A stretch of DNA of 64,000 nt from Sphyrna mokarran. Lineage: Eukaryota. The notes beneath the pieces are model-generated. The model saw only the letters and a program-made list of their open reading frames with translations. It was not told the origin of the DNA and did no database searches. A program made the translations under genes and the position numbers. Positions 13,259 to 26,424 of this stretch are shown here, one piece after another (within the stretch, counting starts at the first letter, position 1; each line of letters starts with the position of its first letter). The stretch spans positions 86,428,001 through 86,492,000 of the forward strand of contig JAGIQG010000006.1 of assembly GCA_024679065.1 (NCBI GenBank), given 5' to 3'.

Positions 13259-13516
13259 GGCTCTGTATAGGGAATGCGTGCAAAAAAAAGGTGAAAGAAT
13301 AACTTGAGCGCATGTTGTTGTTTCACAGAGGACTGAACTGTTACTTAAAATATATTAATTGTTTTGTTTGCCCGTAATACAAAATGCTGTTTTGAACCTT
13401 ATATATTGTGAGTGCACATTTGAGTTATATGTGAGCTTAAAATCTTACTTAGACATTGCTTAAAACCGGCAAATGTACATAGTTTTAAGTAACCATCCTT
13501 TTATTTTCCTTTACAG

Positions 13517-13803
13517 AGGGGCGTTTGCATCTCCAGGATATCCCTTCCATAACCAGCAGAGGGCACCTGGAGGCTACGCCAGACCTGGTAGTGGACTCTT
13601 CCTACTACAGCAACTTTTATCAGCCATCTCTCTATCCAGCTTACTACAACAATTTATACAACTATCCCCAGTACCAGGTGGCGGTAGCAGGAGATTCACC
13701 TGCTTCTGACGTCAGCTCCACACTGGGAGGGACAACTGTGAAAAATAGCCTTCGAGGCCTGTCTGCATCACTAGTATCTGGTCAGTCAGGAAACCAGTGG
13801 CAG
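13517..13803 (+). CDS. DMRT1: DMRT1 internal coding exon (equivalent to human exon 3; Pro/Tyr/Ser-rich region)
   Basis: Acceptor ttttcctttacag|AG, donor CAG|gtaggc, 287 nt, phase 1 to 0. Encodes (E)[95 protein letters not shown]. This matches the recalled human DMRT1 [48 protein letters not shown]...VKNSLRGL...GNQWQ. Confidence 0.97.
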
Positions 13804-14269
13804 GTAGGCTGAACATTGATTTTCAATGACACAATATTATTATTGTCATTTTTGCTAATGAGTATATAAGTATTAGAATTTATGAATAAGCTGAATGAAT
13901 TGTAGTAGCAAAATAAGGTAGTGAAATGCTGATGGTATGAAAACAATGGTTTGTGTAAGGAGGCTTTGGAGAGGTTTTCTGACCTTTATTCACAGGGTAC
14001 ACTGATTTCCCAGGTACCCGATGGAAGATAAATGGAATGGGACCCAGTCAGTTTTGAGTCTTTTACATGTCTTTGGATATCTGGGACTTCGCTTGCAGGA
14101 TGGACCCATTGGGTATCAGCTCATTCATTGAATGGGAAGTGAGGATCTGGATGTGTCCCCTGACAGTTGATCCTATTTTTTTTGAAATTGGTCCAAGGGG
14201 CATCCCGCTGTGGGGTATTTCTAGAAGTTGTGTCAGAATCTCTTACTAACTTTTGTGTGGGGTGGAGTT

Positions 14270-14295
14270 GGGGGGGGGGGGGGGGGGGGGTGGGG
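14270..14295 (+). repeat. Poly-G tract (G21 TGGGG), G-quadruplex-capable
   Basis: 21 consecutive G at 14270-14290. Confidence 0.85.
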
Positions 14296-14432
14296 CAGGA
14301 GATGTGTTCTAGGGTGGGTGAGACATCCCCATTGTAATAAAAAAAATCTTGGTACCATTAACCACCTGATCTACAAGTCTGTTGCAATAGTAACCTTCCC
14401 CAGTTTTCTTGTGCTGGGTCACATTAGGAAAA

Positions 14433-14726
14433 TCCATAGAATCCCCATAGTGTAGAAGGAGGCCATTTGGCCCACCACTTCTGCACTGACTCTCCGACAG
14501 TGATCCTACCCTTGCTCTATCCTCTTAACCCCACATCTTGGAACACTAAGAGACAATTTACATGCCCAGTCCATCCAATCTGTGCATCCTTGGACTGTGG
14601 GAGGAAACTGGAGCATCTGGAGGGAAATCCATGCAGACAAGGGGAGAATGTACAAACTTTACACAGACAGGTCACCCAAGGCTGGAATTGAACCCATGTC
14701 CCTGTTGCTAATCACTGTGCCACCCC
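14433..14726 (-). mobile_element. HE1/V-SINE family SINE
   Basis: Reversed V domain ttggactgtgggaggaaactggagca...gaaatccatgcagacaaggggagaatgtacaaact, with tRNA head at 14680-14726 and CR1 tail at 14433. Confidence 0.88.
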
Positions 14727-15250
14727 AAAATGATGGGGTGAGTGTACAAATGTGCTATATTAAAGACCCAGGACACCAGATTTGACTGTGCCTGGCCTAA
14801 GAAGGCGCAATACTATATAGAGTGGGAGAGAGAACCAGGAACTTTGTCCTTTATATTCTTTGACACATAAATTTAAAAAAAATGATCCTTTTACTCCTTT
14901 AAATTGAAGGAAGCATTTTGAAGCATTGCTGTTAATTTCACACAATTTAGTTTAGATACGTCTTTACTAATGCAACTGCCCATTCTATGTCTGTTCATCC
15001 CACTGCCCCCCACCCCCCGTTCAATATTCCCTATATTTTCTTTCCTTGCTTTAATTTAGATTTTCTCTCTCTCTCACACACATTCCTCCCCATTGCACCC
15101 TGTGCTGTCCCCTAACAAGATGAGCAGGTAAACTGGTTTCTTCAGTCAACATAAGAAAAGGCATGTTCCTCTGACAGGATTTCAGGATGTCCTGACTGAG
15201 AGGCTTTAGATTAGAAACTTAAAATATGGACATTCATAGCAGGAGCTAAG

Positions 15251-15292
15251 TCTTTTTTAAAATGACATGCGAAGATGTCATTTTAAAAAAGA
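15251..15292. repeat. Perfect 18-bp inverted repeat with 6-nt loop
   Basis: TCTTTTTTAAAATGACAT-gcgaag-ATGTCATTTTAAAAAAGA. Confidence 0.95.
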
Positions 15293-16210
15293 AATCTCAA
15301 TCCCTTTGCCAATCTGCTCATTTCTGGATTGAGCAGAGATGGGATGGGGGTTAACTGTGACCAAACCAAATCCTTCCAGGAAGAATTTAATCATCTCAGC
15401 ATTTTAGTGGATCTTGGGCCTCGTTTTTAACCTGCCTTACAAATTTGACCCTGACTGGCCAGATTTTGCAGGCCATGGGAGTTCAGAGCTGAAAGGAGGT
15501 GAGGCAAAGCTAAGTGTTCTTGCAGTACAGCTTGTGGGCTAGGAAAAGCAAGCATGCTTTCTCCAGCCCATCAAGCTACCTTTATTTCAATCCTCTCCCC
15601 TCCCCCGATCCAATCTTAAATCTGTGCCATCTGACCCTTGTTAGAGATTTGAACCCCCTTCCCCCTCCCCAATCCCCCGACTAATGTGCCAGCTTCCTTT
15701 TCTGCAGCCTCCTGTTTCCTGCTTGACAGAAAACCCAGTCTGTTGATTGATTTGCCTTTGGGTGGGAGCCTATTGGAAAATAAATAGATACACAATTAAA
15801 ACTTCACAGCATCCCAACCAGAACCCAATCCAATTTCCATATTACTTGAGTAACCTACTGCTTATGGCTTTAGGGCTGCTGTTCACCAGCCAGCTGTGTG
15901 CTGCTTTCTTGTTTTATTAATGAATGTTTGACTTCATATTTCTTTAATGCTCATCAGCAAATCTAATAAAACCTACGTAGCTATGTACCTGAGTACTGGT
16001 GACCTATTAATCAGTATAATGATTGTGTGTTAAACCTGTACTTAGAAACACAAAACGACTTGATAATTTGACACCTTTTAATATTCCCATTACTTGCTTT
16101 GACTTATGGACACAGACATGTTTTGTTAAAAATAGGTTGCATTTGTCAGATCTAACATTGCATATCTGGGTGAAAGGGTTTATTTACGTTGCATATGTTT
16201 TCATTTTCAG

Positions 16211-16231
16211 AGAAATGAAAATGATGAGAAG
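16211..16231 (+). CDS. Candidate 21-nt in-frame DMRT1 microexon (RNENDEK)
   Basis: gttttcattttcag|AGAAATGAAAATGATGAGAAG|gtaagt. It has a perfect AAG|GTAAGT donor, a pyrimidine-rich acceptor, a length that is a multiple of 3 and no stop in phase 0, the phase of intron 3. Confidence 0.55.
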
Positions 16232-19200
16232 GTAAGTACTCATGTTTGTTAGTTTCTGCGTAGCAATTCCTTCCCTCCTAATTTTTTCAAAATGCTTTCA
16301 GATCTAATATCTTGATTTCTCTGAATATTTTTGTCCATGTACTGCATGCACTAATTTTATGCTTTTTCTCATTTTGTGCTTTTTTAACCTTGCCTTTTAC
16401 CAAGATTCGCCTGGAGTTCTTGTAGCTGAGGCTATACTGGTATATGACTTTCAACATCATGGTTTATCCTTGTATTAATGTTGCAGGAACATGTCATGTG
16501 AATATTATAACAAACAGAAGGCCCTGCATACGTTACAGGTGAAATTTCTGGCTGGGCCTCACACAAGTCTTGTTGAAAAACCTCTGGCATTGCATCTGAA
16601 GTATGTTACCTATATAACCAGCGCTGCTGTCCTTAAGCTGAATTTTATTTTGAGTTTCAAGAAAGGTTATGAATTGGAATAAGTGATTGTTGGAACTGGC
16701 TAGTAATCTGAATTCTGGGCTTTAAGACCCTTGAGAGATTGTCCTGCTATTAATGTCTTTGTTAAAATAGCAGCCAGAAAACTTCATACACACTCATGCT
16801 CATTAACACTACACCCCCATTTAGTTCCCAAGAACAAGTTAGTTTGCTGTCACCCTCAAAAGAAAGAGTATATTCTGGAAAAACATTAACAAAAATAATC
16901 TAAGCAAAATGTTCAACCTTAGTCAAATTGTCAAAGGAAAAGAATTAATGAGCTGAGGCAATACTGAAAAGTAAAATCCAGTGCAGTGCTCAAAGAAGAA
17001 AAACATGATCGTGCTAATAGGCCACTGAAAACCTCTAACCTGACCAGAGGAATGAGTGGGAAGCTCTTCAAAATTGTACCTGATGTCAAAACAGCCACCG
17101 TGGATTCACAGATGCTGTGTAAGTCCTAATTGTATTTACTTTAATTGTGATAACTCTCAGGCAGAAAAAGCAATGTACATAATTGTAAAGTAAATGCACT
17201 TAAATTATACGTTAAAATCTCTCTAAATATATGTCAATTGTTATTTATTTTTCAGGGTTATTTTGCTTCTCAGTATATAAATCTAACAGTTCATTTTGTT
17301 TGCTACCCTTTTTTTGTGTTCACAGATAAATCTCAATCAACTAGTTCCACTCATTTATCATAGAGGTCAAAATGTTGTGAAGAGCACTATGGACGTATCA
17401 GAACCAATTCACGCTGTTTCCACAGGGCTTCTGCTTGAATTACAATGAGAAATCAAGCCCATCCCACAGAAGTTGTCCTTTCCAGAGTTTGGTGATGAGA
17501 GGAAGATTTGTTGCTGGAGGCGACAAAATGTTTCCATTCGGCGGAGGGTTTTCTGCAATCAGCTACTGAGTGGTTTAGAGAGCCAGTTGGTGCCAGATTC
17601 TTTATATGGGATTATTGGAAGCTTTTCAAACTTGTAGATGATCCGTCATCCATTGAGGCAGATTCTTGTACCATTCCCAGAATCTCACATTGCAGAATTT
17701 GGGCCTTCTGCAGCATTTGTTGTACAGTGACTGCGCAAGCACCAGCTTGAACAGTGTGATGTTATGAAGTTGGGCTGGATATGATTGACTGAGCTCCATA
17801 GCCCTCCTGCTCATTACAATGGCTACACTTCCCTGTGCAGCTCGGTCATTAATTTGGGGCCCTCTTTGACTTTTTCATGTCTTTGGTAGCTGCTTTTTTC
17901 AGACCCAGATCCTGCGAGGGTTCAGATTTTTACCAGTGTGGCCCCTCCCTTTGTGCAGCAGAACTAAAACTGTCTCTGGAATGTCTTTCTATGGTTTTTT
18001 TCTCATAGGGGCACTGAAAACCATGTGTCATTAGGATAGAGACAACATTACCTTCACTGTAAAATCAGCTTGTGACAGGTAGAGCTGCTCTCCATATAGA
18101 CGCCTCTAGTCTCCCAAAAACCAAAACAGTAGAGCTAATGGAGGTTAAACTGAGCTCGGTAGCATCTATTCTTCAGGTGTTACATGGGCTTCTAAGGAAC
18201 CAAAATGTCAGGTGTGAAGTTGATGTACAGCTCTGATATACATTGGGATATTGGGAAAGGGCAAACATGACGTCGTTTATCGAAAACAAAATGCCTAAAG
18301 CAGGTGATACTACTTTTGTATATATAAATACAAGGCCTATCACCTGCTTTAGTTTACTGCTGCAGCTTTGGTTTACCTTGATGCAGCCAGTGCCTGTCTC
18401 TAGGAGAACTAAATCAAAACATGGCGCGAGTAAAATAAAAAAGCAAGCAGTCAGCACCAGTCACTGCCATTCCCAGTCTCTCAACTCCTCACTCCCTCCC
18501 GCCTGCCTGATGATCCCTTACCCCAAGACACATAGGATTACCACTCACCTGTTAAAAAATACAAGACTTATACTTCCTGCTGCGTCACCTTTATGATGAT
18601 GAGGTCAAAGGCTTTGTACAGGCCTTTCAAACCTCAAGATGCTCAAAAATGGTAGCAGAAATTCTATCCCAGTGAGTTTGCCAAATTATGATTTGGGGAT
18701 CAACACAAATTTTGAGAGATGTGACAGGCTGTCTCACCTTGGGACTCCTGGTCAGGTTATTAAATTTATTTCTGTGCTGTAGCCAGGTCTTGGTGTAAAT
18801 GTTGCTCAGGTCCACATACTGTGCCACTTCTCAATATGTCCAATCACCAATTCACTTAAAAGAAAAGGGCACTTGCATTTTAAGCTCTGGCAAACAGTTA
18901 AAAAACTGCTGCACTATTAAATTTCCAGAACCTAGTTCCAGCCATGCTAAGTGTGCTTTACTCTAGCATCTTGTCTACCGTGTGCTGCTGTGGGAAAACT
19001 GAGACAGGTTCTTCACTGGTTACGGAGGCAACCATTCCATTTTTCCCACTCTTCTGCCAGTTAGTTTTACATAGGGAGACTAAAATCAATTAGCTGTACT
19101 TTATAGTTTCCTTTGAATTAGTGCAACCTTTCAGACATCCCCCCCCCCTTTAAGGTTGAGACTTTAAAGGACATGCTTTCATTATCTTCATTTGATTTTA

Positions 19201-19553
19201 GTATTGGGGGTGTGGGGGGGTTTTGTGGGGGGTAATGAAGTAGCTATATCGGAGTTATGTTTTAACCCCACGAACCTTGGCGCTGCTGAAGAAATGATGT
19301 GGGGGAGAAGGGGGCTATTAGCAAATCTGATCTCTTTCACTACTTTTACAGTTATGAGATTCAGGAAGAAGTAGGCTCTTTTACACCCGAGTCTAAATGG
19401 CTAGTTATGTGACTGCTGTTTTTGTTTTGAAAAATAATTGTCATTTGAAAAATAGAGAACGTTAAAATGTGTGTAGAATAGTCTGAATTGAGAATTGGGT
19501 TCGCATCCTGAGACACAGGTTTGGAGTCTGTGGAGATGGTAGGATGGAAACAG

Positions 19554-19680
19554 AGGGTGGCATTTTCCCACTCCCCCACCACAGGAATGGTAGTGGGCAG
19601 AGGCGGACCATGAAAAGGTCTGTTCACCTCAGACGGGATTTTTTGATCTTGGGGCAAGCGCTGCTGGAAAATCTTGCTCA
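19554..19680 (-). mobile_element. ~125-bp MITE-like element (copy 1)
   Basis: Reverse-orientation relative of 26132-26257 and 43437-43562, with ends gggtggcatttt...aaaatcttgctc. Confidence 0.55.
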
Positions 19681-22600
19681 GAATGACAGAAACTGATTAC
19701 TTGTGTTTCTGGTCACCCTTGCAGTTCTGACCTGACTTCTAGTGATATATTTTAGGCTGAGTTCCCAAGTGGGGATCTGGCTGCTGGCTTGGTCATCACT
19801 GAAATGTGGAATCACATCTGCAAGTATTTAAATGCCAGCAGCACTCTCTTGGAGTTGGAACATCTTCAAGATGAATAGAATGAAGATATTCATATCATAG
19901 CACATTTAAACTAAATGGAGCGTCATAGTTGAAGAATTGCTAGATTTTGTATTGCACAAGATGAAGCCCTGTTGCATGAGATGCATGCATGGGACCTCAA
20001 CGTACCTCTTCAGAATAGAGCTGTTTGTGATACCTGAACTGGTATAATGCCATCTCCAGAATTCACTAAATCTGGATCCAAATGAACAAGAGGGTAAAGG
20101 ACTTGACGAGAATGACTAAGATAATCCAACGGTGTCCAAAACCCAGAAGCTAATCAAGCTTGAATGCTGCATATTGTTTCCTCTTAACTTTTAAACTTGT
20201 ACTATTAACCCATTCAACATATTGGCAAAAAAATACCTGAACGTAAAAGAGCAGGGCATGTCTTACTGCTGCAAATGACCAAGTTTACACTTGTCGCACT
20301 CACCACTTAAATAACATCGACACTAAACACTCGTACAACACGTGGTGCATGTTTATTAACTCACATATTGAGTTACAGCTGGACACTTGTGTGACTCAAT
20401 CATCTTTAATGTCCTTTTGTCCTCGGGTTTGTAGAAGTTCCGGATATAACCAAACAAATGTTACTGCAGTTTCTGCTGGTCTTTTAATCCCGCAGTGATA
20501 CCTGACTACCTATTTCCACCTAGTGAAGAACCACTGCAGGGTCCTTTCCACATTGGAAGGTGGCCTCCATTGTGCAATTAATATTGATTCCTTAATTAGT
20601 TGCAAGGTTAATGTATAAAGGGTCAGACAGGTTGTTCTTTTGCACTGACCCAATTCTGCTGGTATTGCATTTTCTGGCTTCTCAATTACTGAAGTAAGGG
20701 ACTTATTGCCTGTTTCTGACAGCCACCATGGACACCTGACAAATGGCCCAATACAGTATCAGGTCAGAAGTTCCACAAATAATAATGGGAGATGAAATAT
20801 GATCCCCAAATTTGATCCATGTGTCTATTTTAGTATAAGTGGCACAGCGAGACCTAATTTGTTACTTGTATTGTTTAGAATGTAGTTTTTTTGGTATTTG
20901 TGGTCAAAATTAAGAGAGATATTTTAAAGATGCATGGAGAGGGATGGAGAAAAAAAAAGAACACATCCCAGAAACAGCATTAGAAGAATATGATAAAATG
21001 GGGGAGCAGTAATCTGGATATAAGACTGTTCATATATTTGTTGGCTTTGAGGCTTGAAATGCAGAAGACAGTCAGCATCTGAAAGAAGATACATTAAAGC
21101 TTTGGCAAGAATCCCTCATTGCATCTATTTCTCCTGGTAACCTATCTCACTTTCAGAGGCTGTGTGATTTAAAGCTAATCTCTCGGAGTTTCTAGCGTAA
21201 TTGCAAATAATGTTGCATTCCATTTATAGTGTTAAGCATTTTCTTTTGATTGTTGTAAAATTCTCGTAATTCTTCTTAGAGATATCAAGATAGATTAGAC
21301 AAACAGGAAACAGAATTTCAGTGTGTAACAGTGCTGCTCCTTGTTTGTCTACTAAGTTATCCACATCATTGTCAGCACCAGCTTGCTGCAATAAAGATAA
21401 TTTTTAAATTTAAATTGCAACCTCCTCTTTAAACAAAATTCAGTAAATCTTCACAATTTTGCTGTTCAGTTCCAGGATTCAATTCCAGCCCATAATTCCA
21501 ACTAAAATGATGTAGGTTTTAAGAAAACATTTAAATCATTTTTACAATTTGGGTGCAGTCATGAGTGTATAGCATTTTAATTTGTGACACTGTCTTAACC
21601 GGCTGCATTTTAAATTATTTTATGTTTTTTATCATCTTTGTTTACCCTTTTACACATTCTGATGTTTTGACAGGAAATCCACCAGCCTTGTAATTAAATG
21701 AGTAATCTTGAAAGCATAGAATTATTGATGAAACAGAATATATATTATAGCTTAAGAAAAGAAATGAACATTATTCAGACTGATCGATTAACCAAAACAA
21801 TGAGATTAACATCACTGTTGCATATACTGATTTGATGACAAAGGAATTAAATATTGGAACAAAGAGTTTGAAGAAAAATTGCAATGTGTGTGATAAGGCT
21901 ACAAGGAACAAAATAAAATTAAAATGGACGTATAATAAAACAATGTGCTAAAAATGAGTAGCAAACAAATCGGCATCTGAAAGAAAGATTGGTTAGCATT
22001 TTAGGTATAGCCTGTCAAAAGAACCACTAGGTATAAAACTTATACCAAAAGGTTGTGGAGCAATGCGGTCCTTAGTCTCAACTCCAAGAGCTACTGGTCA
22101 GTCAAAGGTCAGTCAATATTATTATTGTACAATAACCACAAGGCCTCAAATCAAAAAAGGGCTCAGGCACATGTGAATGATGGTGGGGACGGGGTTCTTG
22201 TAGGGAGTTGTGAAATGGTTGTGAGGGCAGTAGGTGACTTTCAGGAGCCTTCCACCTTCCTGATGCTGGATCTCTTGAGAAGCGTGAAGTACTTTTGAAC
22301 GAGGGACACCATTCCCAGTTAGACCGCAAGCAAACACACTAAGGTTTCCCTGTGCTCCCTGCAAAGGATCTCTGCCTGCTATTGACTGACTGCCAGTGGT
22401 GGTGGGATCAGTTGTTAGGGCTGGATGGCCATCTTTGGACCTTCCTGGACATTATCTGGGTAGAGGTGGGAAGGTGGCATAGTCCACACCTGCCATCTCC
22501 CTGACCAAATAAATTCCTCTCTCCACTTTGAGGGCATAAGACTTTGCTCTGTGATTTCCTTCTCACCTTCACTGTTCATTTAGTCTGGGATCACACATGG

Positions 22601-22889
22601 AAACATTTATATTTCATTCTTCAGATGGTTTTTGACTTGCCCTTCTCAATCTCTGGGAGAACATCTCGTGAATCTCCTGCAGCTCAAAGATAAAACTAAG
22701 CAAAAACTGGAGCTTTAAATGAAATGTGTTCTTCAGTAACTGCAGAGAGATAATAAAAAAAACTCACTTAACATAATGACATAACTTGCTGTAAATATAT
22801 AAATCAAGATGTAATAAATAAAGATGTGCCACACTTCACAGTTACACAAATACTTCCATCTGTGTCCAATTGGCTTCTGTTCATTATAT

Positions 22890-24433
22890 GATAATTGCCC
22901 TCCACCCTGGAAACCCTGAATGAACCTGTATCCGGGGTTACCATTGCAGATGTCATAGCAGCTTTCTCAAAGATCAGTCCGTGAAAGCGACTAGCCCAAA
23001 TTGGATATCCAGACGAGCACTCAGATACTGCATGGATCAGCTGGCAGGGATAATCATAGACATCTTCAACCTCTCTTTACAATAATCTGAGATCACTATC
23101 TGTTTTAAGAAGACAACCATCATCCTGGTACCTAAGAAAAAAGTGTGCCTTAATGACTATTATCTGGTGGCTCTGACATCCATTATTATGAAGTGCTTCA
23201 AAATGCTAGTTATGGCATGAATTAATTTTAGTCCCCCAGACTATGTGGATTCACTATAATTTGCCTACTGCTGCAACAGGTCCACAGCAGATGCTATTTC
23301 CCTAGCCCTGCCCTCAACCCTGGAACATTTAGATAACAAAGACACCAATATCAGACTCTTATTTTGACTACAGCTCAGCCTTCAACACCATTATTCTCAC
23401 GAATTTCAATTACAAACTCTATGGCTCGGGCCTTGGCTCCTTCCTCTGTGACTGGATCATGAACTTCAGTAAGGCTAAGCAACAACACCTCCATGTTCAT
23501 TCTCAATACCAGTGCCTTACAAGGCTGTGTTCTCAGCCCCCTACTATACCTTATTATACTCTTTATACACATTGACTGTGTGGCCAAATTCCCCTCCAGT
23601 TCGATTTTCAAGTTCAAATGACATCACCATTGTGGGACAGATCTCAAACAATAATAAGAGTAACAAGAATGAGATAGAAACTGGTGCAGCGACAATAATG
23701 ACTCCCGCAATGTCAACAAAACGAAGGAGATTGTCACCAACTTCAAGAAACATAGAAGAGAACATGCCCCTGTCTATATCAGTGGGCACAAAATAAAAAG
23801 GGTCGAGAGCTTCAAGTTTGAGATGATCAGATCACCAACAACCTGTCCTGGTCCCTCCATGCTGACACCATAATTACAAAAGCCCTTCAACACTTCTACT
23901 TTTTCAGAAGGCGAAGGAAATTTGGCATGTTAGCTACGATTCTCACCATCTTTTACAGATGCACCATAGAAAGCATTTTTTCTGGTTGTGTCACAGCTTG
24001 GTATGGCTCTTGCTCTGCCCAAGACTGCAACAACCTACAAAAGGTTGTGAGTGTTGCCTAATCCATCATGCAGACCACCCTCCGATCCATTGATTCTGTC
24101 TACATGTCCCACTGCCTCAGCAAAGCAGATAGCATAATTAAGGACCCCACGCACCCCGGCCATACTCTCTTCCAACTTCTTCTGTCAGGAAAAAGATACA
24201 AAAATCTGAGGTCACGTACCAACCGACTCAAAAAAAGCTTTTTCCCTGCCTCTGTCAGGCTTTTGAATGAACTTACCTTCCATTAAGTTGATCTTTCTCT
24301 ACACCGTAGCTATGGTTGTAGCACTACATTCTGCATTTTCTCACTTTCTATGAACAGTATACTTTGCCTGTAAAGCACACAAGAAACAAAACTTTTCACT
24401 GTATGTTAATACAAGTGACAATAATAAATCAAA
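22890..24433 (+). mobile_element. Rex1/Babar-clade LINE, 5'-truncated, decayed RT with intact 3' end
   Basis: [59 protein letters not shown]...RTNRLKKSFFP and tail gtgacaataataaatcaaa. Confidence 0.88.
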
Positions 24434-25704
24434 ATTTTATACTGATATAGGTAAGCATATGAAATAATAAATAAAGAGTCCATTATTATGTAAGAATATT
24501 ACTGTAATAATTATATAACAATATTGCGCATTGCAGTATTTACTCTCACAGTTGTTTCTTTTACTCAGGTAACTTAAACATACAAGCTAAACAGCACTAA
24601 GTTACCCACTTTAAAACATCTTAACTTTTATGGCTAATTCATTTATTTATTGATTTATTGAAGCTATTTTAATTAATATTTACCAGAGGGGAAGCTAAAC
24701 AAAAGTCCTGAAAAAATCCAGGTCTAGTTTAAGAAAATAAATTAAAACAGCTGTAAAATGAGCTGCAGATTCACTTTTGCCATTTTCTGTTTTTGCTGAA
24801 GCCCATTTCCATATACATAAACACTGAATCATGAAGGGCCATGCTGTGTTGAAAGTTATGTACTCCATTTAGCATTCTAACTTATGTTGCTGTCTCTTCC
24901 TGTATGCATCTCCCAAGAATAAGCTGCAGTTGTCAGTACTGGAGATGAGGCTAGCACCTCACGTAATCCTGCATCACTCACAGCGCAAGTCACAAACTCC
25001 AAGGCTCTAGTCTACAATAGACTGCCTTTTATGGATCTGATGTACTGGGCATAGATGGAGACAGCCATTTCATATTGCCTCACTTCACTGCCTTCATTAT
25101 TACCCTGAAATTTGCTTCCAGACAAGTCAACGGACTTGTTGAGAACTTGCCTAATAACTGGCATGTGCTGGAATAGGTGCGGATGTGGCTGCTGCTTTTC
25201 AGTCATCCAGCGTAGCTTATCTTGCTTAATGAATGACAGAACATTTGCCAGATGGCCAGCTGGATCAAAAAAAAGCATTGACGAGTCAGATATGGCGACA
25301 GCAGTTACAGGGATGTCTGATGACCCCTCAAAATGAAGCACAGGATAGGCAGTTGTCTCCCACAATGAGAAACTCTTGAGTTGTATGGTGATACAGATCT
25401 TAATAGGTTTACTTTCAAATGGAGTTTGATATTACAGTAGGACTGGAATGAGACATCACTTATCACCTTGTACACAACACAAGAGGGTGATCTGCATGGT
25501 GCAGTAGCCAGCCAACTCTGTCTTTCATGCCATTGAAGTATTGGATTGTGCACTGAGTTTGGCAGTTAAGCATATGACAATATATGTGGTCTGTGTTCTG
25601 GAAATCTTGGATATACTATATAAAATCTTCCTCAACATTCACATTCCTGCTGTGGAGGCTTTGCACTAAAACTCCAGGATGCAATTAATGACCACCTTCA
25701 TCTA

Positions 25705-26030
25705 ACTACTCAGCATCTTCTGCTGCTGATCCATGTCTTAATTCCATATTTCTGTTCGATCTCCCTACAGTCCAAAAACCTAGCGATATCAGTCTTGAAT
25801 ATTCCCAACGACTGAGCATCCATAGCCCTGTAAAGTTGAGAATTCCAAAGACTCACAACTCTCTGTGCGAAATGGCTAACATTTTTATCCTGAAACATGT
25901 CCTCTAATTCTAGACTTGACAGTCAGGGAAAACAGCTTGGGGCACCTACCCTAACAAGTGCTCTCAAAATCTTATGTAATAAGAGGACCTCATTTTTCTA
26001 AACTCTGGAAAGTATAAGCTGACTCTCCTC
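25705..26030 (-). mobile_element. CR1 3' fragment
   Basis: ORF 25710..25898 F.QRVVSLWNS....FKTDIARFL. Confidence 0.8.
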
Positions 26031-26131
26031 GTAGGTAAAACTCACTCTTAAGTACTGAAACACCTAGTAATGAACGTATGTACCTATCTAACATTCACAA
26101 ATAGCTGACATCATTCCCAAACGCACACTAC

Positions 26132-26257
26132 GGGTGGAAATTCCTGGCCATGCTCACCCCAAGACTGGAAAATCCCACCCAAGATCAACAGACCTTCGGA
26201 TGGTCTGCGTCCTGCCTGCTACGATTCCCATGGCGGGCAAGATGGAAAAATTCCACC
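26132..26257 (+). mobile_element. ~125-bp MITE-like element (copy 2), probably Harbinger-derived
   Basis: Terminal inverted ends ggtggaaatt...aaattccacc. Core aaaatccc...caagatcaac.gacct is shared with 43437-43562. Confidence 0.65.
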
Positions 26258-26424
26258 ATGCATATATTTAAGTATCAGTTCGACCCATTATGTATACACT
26301 CTTGTTTAAGTACTACATTTTGCCTTTTATTTATTGCAATGTGATTTTCCTATCCAAGCATTTCATTATTATCCTAATCATAATCTAATTTCATGTTGAG
26401 TACAATTATTGACTTCATTGCCCT

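Noticed and set aside
17326-17448. Acceptor-like site (ttttttgtgttcacag) followed by 40 open codons in phase 0
   Set aside because: There is no strong donor or nearby poly(A) signal, and such acceptors are common in AT-rich introns.
25012-25431. Minus-strand stop-free frame of ~139 codons (ORF track 117 aa) that looks protein-like
   Set aside because: It has no recognisable domain and no ATG start, and a few ORFs of this length are expected by chance in six frames of 64 kb.
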